Assembly (NCBI GenBank): GCA_964408945.1
Contig: CAYPBJ010000005.1
Coordinates: forward strand, 7,186 to 71,185
Length of the DNA: 64,000 bases
Direction of reading: 5' to 3'
Source: an uncultured Rhizobium sp.
GTDB taxonomy: Bacteria > Bacteroidota > Bacteroidia > NS11-12g > UBA955
Of the stretch, positions 58,435 through 64,000 are shown piece after piece. The notes beneath the pieces were generated by a model. That model searched no databases, had not been told where the DNA came from, and saw only the letters and a list, made by a program, of their open reading frames with translations. Within the stretch, counting starts at the first letter, position 1. The number at the start of each line of letters is the position of its first letter. The position numbers and the translations under genes were made by a program.

Positions 58435-59124
58435 GTGGAGTATCCAATCAGTATTCAAAACGCCAATTTTTATCAGGGGAAATTACCCATTCTAAGGAAT
58501 GTTAATTTGCAAATTTCGCCGGGAGAGTTCGTGTTTCTCATCGGTAAGACGGGGTCTGGAAAATCCACAATTTTAAAAGCGCTTTACGGTGAAATACCTG
58601 TCACAGAAGGCACGGTATCTGTTTCAACATTTCAGTTGAACGGGTTAAAAGAAAAAGACATTCCATATTTGAGGAGGGAACTTGGAATTGTATTTCAAGA
58701 TTTTCAACTGCTGTCAGACAGATCTGCCTTAGACAATTTGTTGTTTGTTCTAAAAGCCACTGGCTGGAAGAAGCAAGAAGAAATGTTGGCTAGAGCCAAT
58801 GAGGTACTTGAAAAAGTAGGTCTTCAGAATAAAGGTTATAAATATCCAGCCGAATTGAGTGGAGGCGAGCAGCAACGTTTGGCAATTGCTAGGGCATTAT
58901 TAAACAAGCCGAAATTAGTTCTAGCAGATGAGCCCACCGGTAGTTTGGACCCCGAAATTAGTGATGAGGTGATGATTTTGTTGCAAAGAATTTGCGCGGA
59001 AGGAACATCTGTACTAATGGCTACACATGATTATAGATTGATACACAAATTTGGCGGCACCATTTACCAGGTGATAGACCAAACACTTGAACCAGTTCCA
59101 AATGTAAATCACCTTAATTGGTGA
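58435..59124 (+). CDS. ftsE: FtsE-like ABC transporter ATP-binding protein
   Basis: 229 aa with Walker A GKTGSGKST, signature LSGGEQQR and Walker B LVLADEPTG. It has a GTG start, and no ftsX is adjacent. Confidence 0.8.
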   Translation: MEYPISIQNANFYQGKLPILRNVNLQISPGEFVFLIGKTGSGKSTILKALYGEIPVTEGTVSVSTFQLNGLKEKDIPYLRRELGIVFQDFQLLSDRSALDNLLFVLKATGWKKQEEMLARANEVLEKVGLQNKGYKYPAELSGGEQQRLAIARALLNKPKLVLADEPTGSLDPEISDEVMILLQRICAEGTSVLMATHDYRLIHKFGGTIYQVIDQTLEPVPNVNHLNW

Positions 59125-60529
59125 TGATGGTAATATTTCCCATCAGAGAACTATCAACATATATTTTCTGATTAGATTTTATATAAGAAATCTCTGATAT
59201 TGAGGTGAGACTTTTTCTCGTGTAATTACTTTTTTGATGAATTATTGCGAGGTCAGTATTTGGGGAGGTACCTAATTCAACACATTGTATATTTAACGTT
59301 GTTTTGTATGTAAGCCGTTGGTATTCAAAAAAGTTTTGATGCAGATCTTTATCTTCAATAGCCACAACTATACTATCTGATACAGGTTTTTCAATGGTTG
59401 AAATTAAACTTAGTTTCTGATGGAGTCTATGAGGGGACACGCTAGTTCTGGGCAAAGCAAATTGTCCGAAATTCCACAAAAACATCCCCAGAGAAACCAA
59501 CAATGAATAGTTCATTATTCTGCCAGTGTTATGCGCAAGCACCAATAGGAAGGGAAGGACAATCATAAATTCAATGTTTCCGACGCTATAGGCTGCAAAT
59601 AATAAGTGAAAGAAAAATGCGGTTAAATAAATCAATGACCAATCTGACTTTTTGAAATTCAAATTGTGTGCACCAACATAGAGTACCACGCCAATCAATG
59701 TAAAGAGTAAACTTATAATGGCAACGCCTGATAGGAATGGATTAAATACCTTCCAAAACATAAACATTTCACCATGAACCTGAAAGAAAACTCTGATGAA
59801 GTTTACGGCCGTCATGGTTATATTATTTAAACTTGGTACCAATTGAACTAATCCTTTATCTACATCCTGAAATACCAATTCTAGGAGTGATTTTGAGTAG
59901 TGTAGACTGAAATAATAGTAGATTGTTATTATGATTGAAGAGGAAAAAATTAAATAAAGAATTTTGGTTGGCCATTTGATTTGTAGGTGCAACCAAAGCG
60001 CAAGAAGCCAAAAAACATGCGTTTGATGAAAAAGTGTAGCTATAGAAAGTAGCACGAACGAAATAATCCATTGTTTTTTTTCATAGAAAAAAGTTCCGAG
60101 AAGCGAAAAGAGCAATGGAAGCATATAGGTTTCATTCTCAAAACTGTATTTCATGAAAGAAAAAGTAGCAGATAAGAAGAAAAGTGCCAGTGCTATAGAT
60201 GAAAGTCTCCATTTACGTTGCTCCAAAATGAGCCAGATTACAATCAGATTTAAGACAGATACAATCAAATTGAAACGAATGAATACAATCAACGGATTAT
60301 AAATTTTGGCGGATATTTGTTCTACATCAAAATAGCTGTGGCTGTATTGATCAAATAAAAAATTTAAAACATATTTATGTAGAAGGTGGTGTCCAGATTG
60401 TAAATCATTCTTCATGACTTCACAAGCATAGCCGTATGAATCACCAGTGAATTCAATTGGGATAAACCACCACCGCAAGAATAAATACGATAAAATTTGG
60501 AGTAGAATTAAGGTGCGTTTTCGGGCCAT
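59114..60529 (-). CDS. Polytopic membrane protein, function unknown (possibly a GT-C-like glycosyltransferase)
   Basis: 471 aa with about 10-12 TMs followed by a ~110-aa soluble C-terminal domain. The fold assignment is a guess from topology only. Confidence 0.45.
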   Translation of the reverse strand: MARKRTLILLQILSYLFLRWWFIPIEFTGDSYGYACEVMKNDLQSGHHLLHKYVLNFLFDQYSHSYFDVEQISAKIYNPLIVFIRFNLIVSVLNLIVIWLILEQRKWRLSSIALALFFLSATFSFMKYSFENETYMLPLLFSLLGTFFYEKKQWIISFVLLSIATLFHQTHVFWLLALWLHLQIKWPTKILYLIFSSSIIITIYYYFSLHYSKSLLELVFQDVDKGLVQLVPSLNNITMTAVNFIRVFFQVHGEMFMFWKVFNPFLSGVAIISLLFTLIGVVLYVGAHNLNFKKSDWSLIYLTAFFFHLLFAAYSVGNIEFMIVLPFLLVLAHNTGRIMNYSLLVSLGMFLWNFGQFALPRTSVSPHRLHQKLSLISTIEKPVSDSIVVAIEDKDLHQNFFEYQRLTYKTTLNIQCVELGTSPNTDLAIIHQKSNYTRKSLTSISEISYIKSNQKIYVDSSLMGNITIITN

Positions 60530-60547
60530 TTCAACAAAGATAACATG

Positions 60548-60555
60548 TATCTTTG
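60548..60555 (+). promoter_or_regulatory. Candidate -7 promoter element (TATCTTTG) overlapping the annotated TTG start of the CCA-enzyme gene
   Basis: An exact TAnnTTTG match within the 23-nt gap between divergent genes. Confidence 0.3.
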
Positions 60556-61968
60556 CAATTCTTGGAAGCGCTTAAACACCCTATATTCAAAAAAATATCA
60601 AAAACTGCCGATGATCTTGGTCAGAGAGCCTATGTTGTTGGCGGTTTTGTGCGTGATTATTTCTTGCAAAAACCTTCCAAAGATTTAGATCTGGTAGTGG
60701 TTGGTTCGGGCATCGAATTTGCAGAACACCTGCAGAAAGTGTTAGGGGAGCAAGATTGCACTTTGGCCGTTTTCAAGAATTTTGGAACTGCTCAAATTAA
60801 ATTTCAAGACTGGATCATAGAGGTAATTGGTGCAAGAAAAGAATCTTATCGCCTTGATTCGCGTAAACCTTTAGTTGAAGACGGTACTCTTATAGATGAT
60901 CAAAATCGACGTGATTTTACCATCAATTCCATGTATCTGTCTTTGAATTCGGAGACATTTTCAGAATTATACGATCCCTTCAACGGAATTCAAGATCTTC
61001 AAGACGGCATCATTAGGGCAAACAATGATCCTGATATAACCTTTTCAGATGATCCATTGCGGATGCTTAGAGGTATTCGATTTTCAGCCAGATTGAATTT
61101 TAAAATTCAGGCTGATACATGGTCAGGTATTATCAAGAATGCGGAAAGAATTGACATTGTTTCACAGGAACGAATTACCGATGAGCTGAATTCCATGATT
61201 TTGGGAAAAAAACCATCCATTGCTTTTGATTTGATGGAACAAGCGGGATTATTGCAAAGGTTTTTTCCGGAATTCGTCGCGCTAAAAGGCATTGAAACCA
61301 TCCAAGGTAAAAGCCATAAAGATAATTTCTATCATACGTTACAAGTTCTTGATCAATTGTGCGAATTAAGCGATGATTTATGGTTAAGATGGGCAGCCAT
61401 TTTGCATGATATTGCTAAACCAGCAACTAAAAGATTTGATCAAGAGGTAGGTTGGACCTTTCATGGGCATGAAGATAGAGGCTCTAGAATGGTCAAAGGA
61501 ATTTTCAGAAGAATGCGTCTTCCACTTGACGAAAAAATGAAATTCGTTGAAAAAATGGTGGCCATGCATTTAAGACCTATTGTACTTTCTAAAGAAATTG
61601 TCACAGACAGTGCCGTAAGAAGACTTATTGTTGAGGCAGGCGAAGATGTAGGGGCGTTGATGAAACTATGTAGAGCCGATATTACCAGCAAAAATGCAGC
61701 AAAAGTACAAAGGCATATATTTGATTTACTGAAAGTTGAAGATAAAATTGCTGAGGTAAATGCCAAAGACGAACTGAGAAATTGGCAGCCAGTTGTTACT
61801 GGAAATCATATTTTGGAACGATATCAAATTGATAAACCCAAACACATCGGAGCATTGAAAAACGAAATTCGAGAAGCAATTCTTGAAGGTAAGGTCCCCA
61901 ACGAATTAATCCCGTGTTTTGATTTTTTAGATGAATTTGCTCAGAGTTTGGGAATTGCTCGTAAATAA
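60553..61968 (+). CDS. CCA tRNA nucleotidyltransferase / poly(A) polymerase-family enzyme with an HD domain
   Basis: It has the YVVGGFVRD nucleotidyltransferase head motif, DFTIN and an HD domain (ILHDIAKP, HGHEDRG). There is no in-frame ATG before the conserved core; the start is TTG at 60553 or TTG at 60562. Confidence 0.85.
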   Translation: MQFLEALKHPIFKKISKTADDLGQRAYVVGGFVRDYFLQKPSKDLDLVVVGSGIEFAEHLQKVLGEQDCTLAVFKNFGTAQIKFQDWIIEVIGARKESYRLDSRKPLVEDGTLIDDQNRRDFTINSMYLSLNSETFSELYDPFNGIQDLQDGIIRANNDPDITFSDDPLRMLRGIRFSARLNFKIQADTWSGIIKNAERIDIVSQERITDELNSMILGKKPSIAFDLMEQAGLLQRFFPEFVALKGIETIQGKSHKDNFYHTLQVLDQLCELSDDLWLRWAAILHDIAKPATKRFDQEVGWTFHGHEDRGSRMVKGIFRRMRLPLDEKMKFVEKMVAMHLRPIVLSKEIVTDSAVRRLIVEAGEDVGALMKLCRADITSKNAAKVQRHIFDLLKVEDKIAEVNAKDELRNWQPVVTGNHILERYQIDKPKHIGALKNEIREAILEGKVPNELIPCFDFLDEFAQSLGIARK

Positions 61969-61992
61969 TTCGATTTTTGCACTACAAATTAT

Positions 61993-63264
61993 ATGTTACT
62001 GATTTCTAATATTCGCCAAAATTCTAACGAAATTATTGAAAGATTATCCATTAGAGGGATAGATGCCGCTCCTTTAGTTCAAGAGATTCTTGATTTAGAT
62101 GCGCAGTCTCGACTAGCTCGAACTGAAATGGAGCAAACTCAAGCTCAAAGCAATCAATTGTCGGGTCAAATTGGTGAGTTAATGAAATCAGGTAAAAAAG
62201 ACGAAGCTGAATCCATTAGAAATCAGTCAACCCAATTAAAAGAAAAAATCAAAGAATTAACCATTCAAGTTGAACAACTAGAACAGATGGTTACAGATAA
62301 AATTATTGCCTTACCGAACACTCCAAATACGAGTGTTCCCAAAGGCAGATCTGCCGAAGACAATCTTCAAGTATTTCTTCATGGAAATGCAGTTGAGTTG
62401 CCAGAGTCGGCTTTACCTCATTGGGAGTTAGCTACTAAATACGATATCATCGACTTTGAATTGGGAAATAAAATTTCTGGCGCTGGGTTTCCAGTATACA
62501 AAGGAAAAGGTGCTATTTTCCAAAGAGCTTTGATACAGTTTTTCTTGAACGAAGCCGGCAGAGCAGGATATATGGAAATTCAACCCCCTTTATTGGTAAA
62601 TGCAGACAGCGGATATGGAACAGGTCAATTACCTGACAAAGAGGGTCAAATGTATCATGCAACAGTAGATGATCTTTATTTGATTCCTACTGCTGAAGTA
62701 CCAATTACCAATATCTATAGAAATGTAATTTTGAGGGAAGACCAACTTCCGGTGAAAAATTGTGGTTATACCCCTTGTTTTAGACGTGAGGCGGGAAGTT
62801 ATGGTGCTCATGTGAGAGGTTTAAATAGACTTCACCAATTTGATAAAGTTGAGGTTGTTCAGATTGTAAAACCCGAAGATAGCTACAATGTATTAGAGGG
62901 AATGTCGGAATATGTTCAATCATTATTGCAGAAATTAGGATTGCATTATCGAGTGTTATTGCTTTGCGGTGGGGACATGGGTTTTACTTCAGCTAAAACA
63001 TACGACATGGAAGTGTGGAGTCCTGCACAAAAAATGTGGTTGGAATGCAGCTCTGTGAGTAATTTCGAAACCTTCCAAACAAACCGTTTGAAGTGCAGAT
63101 ATAAAAATTCCGAAGGAAAGACTGAATTAGCACATTCATTAAACGGTAGCGCATTGGCATTGCCAAGAATAGTGGCTTCTTTGTTGGAAACCTTCCAAAC
63201 GCCTGAAGGTATTATTGTTCCAGAAGTTTTGCGTCCATATACTGGTTTTGATTTGATCAACTAA
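61993..63264 (+). CDS. serS: Seryl-tRNA synthetase
   Basis: 423 aa with an N-terminal coiled-coil arm and class II motifs (FRREAGS, GLHYRV, TLNGSALA-like SLNGSALALPR). Confidence 0.95.
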   Translation: MLLISNIRQNSNEIIERLSIRGIDAAPLVQEILDLDAQSRLARTEMEQTQAQSNQLSGQIGELMKSGKKDEAESIRNQSTQLKEKIKELTIQVEQLEQMVTDKIIALPNTPNTSVPKGRSAEDNLQVFLHGNAVELPESALPHWELATKYDIIDFELGNKISGAGFPVYKGKGAIFQRALIQFFLNEAGRAGYMEIQPPLLVNADSGYGTGQLPDKEGQMYHATVDDLYLIPTAEVPITNIYRNVILREDQLPVKNCGYTPCFRREAGSYGAHVRGLNRLHQFDKVEVVQIVKPEDSYNVLEGMSEYVQSLLQKLGLHYRVLLLCGGDMGFTSAKTYDMEVWSPAQKMWLECSSVSNFETFQTNRLKCRYKNSEGKTELAHSLNGSALALPRIVASLLETFQTPEGIIVPEVLRPYTGFDLIN

Positions 63265-63266
63265 GC

Positions 63267-63773
63267 ATGAGTTTTGATTTAAATAGAGACTTTTCTTTAG
63301 AAGAGTTATTACAATCGGTTGTTGCAATTAAAGAACTTCCCAATCAATTGGCTAAATTGATTAGTGGAATTACAGAAGAACAATTAAATTCAAGCTACCG
63401 TGAAGGCGGCTGGAATGTGCGCCAAATTATACATCATCTTGCTGATTCCCACATGAATGCTTACATCAGAACCAAACACGTCATTGCCCAAGATGTTTCC
63501 GAGATGCAGGTTTACGATCAAGATTTATGGGCATCTGATTTGGATGCGACATTTCACCATGAAGCAAGTTTTATGATTATCTTGGGTTTGCACCAAAAAT
63601 GGAGTCTTTTGCTATTAGAATGCTTGAAGCAACCTGAAGTTTATTTGGCTAAATCTTTGTATCATTCTGAGAGAAAAATGCATTTATCTTTAGCTCACAT
63701 GATTGCATTATACGCTTGGCACGGCAATCATCATTTGACTCAGATTCAAGCGGCTATTTCTTATAAGAATTAA
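63267..63773 (+). CDS. DinB/YfiT-family metal-dependent protein
   Basis: 168 aa with a His triad pattern (IIHHLADSHMNAY, WHGNHHLTQI) typical of DinB_2/YfiT. Confidence 0.75.
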   Translation: MSFDLNRDFSLEELLQSVVAIKELPNQLAKLISGITEEQLNSSYREGGWNVRQIIHHLADSHMNAYIRTKHVIAQDVSEMQVYDQDLWASDLDATFHHEASFMIILGLHQKWSLLLLECLKQPEVYLAKSLYHSERKMHLSLAHMIALYAWHGNHHLTQIQAAISYKN

Positions 63774-64000
63774 ATACTTTCCAAATTTGATAGGGAACTT
63801 TGATAAAATCAAACGTTCCGATTTTTGATCCTGCTACATCTCTCCACTTCCGAATGGGCACTTCTTGACATAAATCAATACCATTAGAGCCAAATTTATT
63901 TTTGATTCTCAATAGAATTTCGACATCAAAAAGCCACCTCGTTTTAAAAGGCGTTTCAAAGAGGTCTTTCAAAGAGACATGAATCAACTTTGCACCACAT
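63754..64000 (-). CDS. C-terminal part of a family-2 glycosyltransferase-like protein (5' end outside the window)
   Basis: The reading frame stays open to the window edge, and the track start is a TTG and probably internal. The RWLFDVEILLR ... W.DV.GSK segment resembles GT2 C-termini. Confidence 0.5.
   Translation of the reverse strand, partial: CGAKLIHVSLKDLFETPFKTRWLFDVEILLRIKNKFGSNGIDLCQEVPIRKWRDVAGSKIGTFDFIKVPYQIWKVFNSYKK

Overview
This AT-rich chromosomal segment reads as a Bacteroidota (Flavobacteriia-like) genome. The evidence is a type IX secretion / gliding core (gldJ, a PorP/SprF-family gene, porU, porV), two giant proteins ending in type-B T9SS sorting domains, no Shine-Dalgarno sequences before starts, and several TAnnTTTG -7 promoter motifs. 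About 50 genes are densely packed and mostly housekeeping: gatB, RNase P RNA, tRNA-Gly(GCC), an acyl-CoA carboxylase set (carboxyltransferase, accB, accC), gyrB, pcm, Xaa-Pro aminopeptidase, folC, rplU-rpmA, fmt, polyprenyl synthase, RNase R, ung, ftsE, a CCA-adding enzyme and serS. I saw no transposase, integrase, phage gene, CRISPR array or recognisable defence system. Two loci look most worth follow-up. (1) At the left edge, a Dlt-like cassette (stand-alone adenylation ligase, GNAT, carrier protein, membrane-anchored SGNH protein) is chained to gatB by overlapping stop/start codons in an organism that should lack teichoic acids. (2) An ABC-exporter transmembrane domain with no ATPase domain is translationally coupled to an HlyD-type adaptor and a TolC-type channel, immediately downstream of a polyprenyl glycosylphosphotransferase. 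Other observations: type-B CTD cargo genes without an adjacent PorP/SprF partner, divergent genes sharing a CATG at their starts, promoter motifs abutting start codons, and SNF2-ung coupling. All calls rest on motif and synteny reading by eye. No database search was run.
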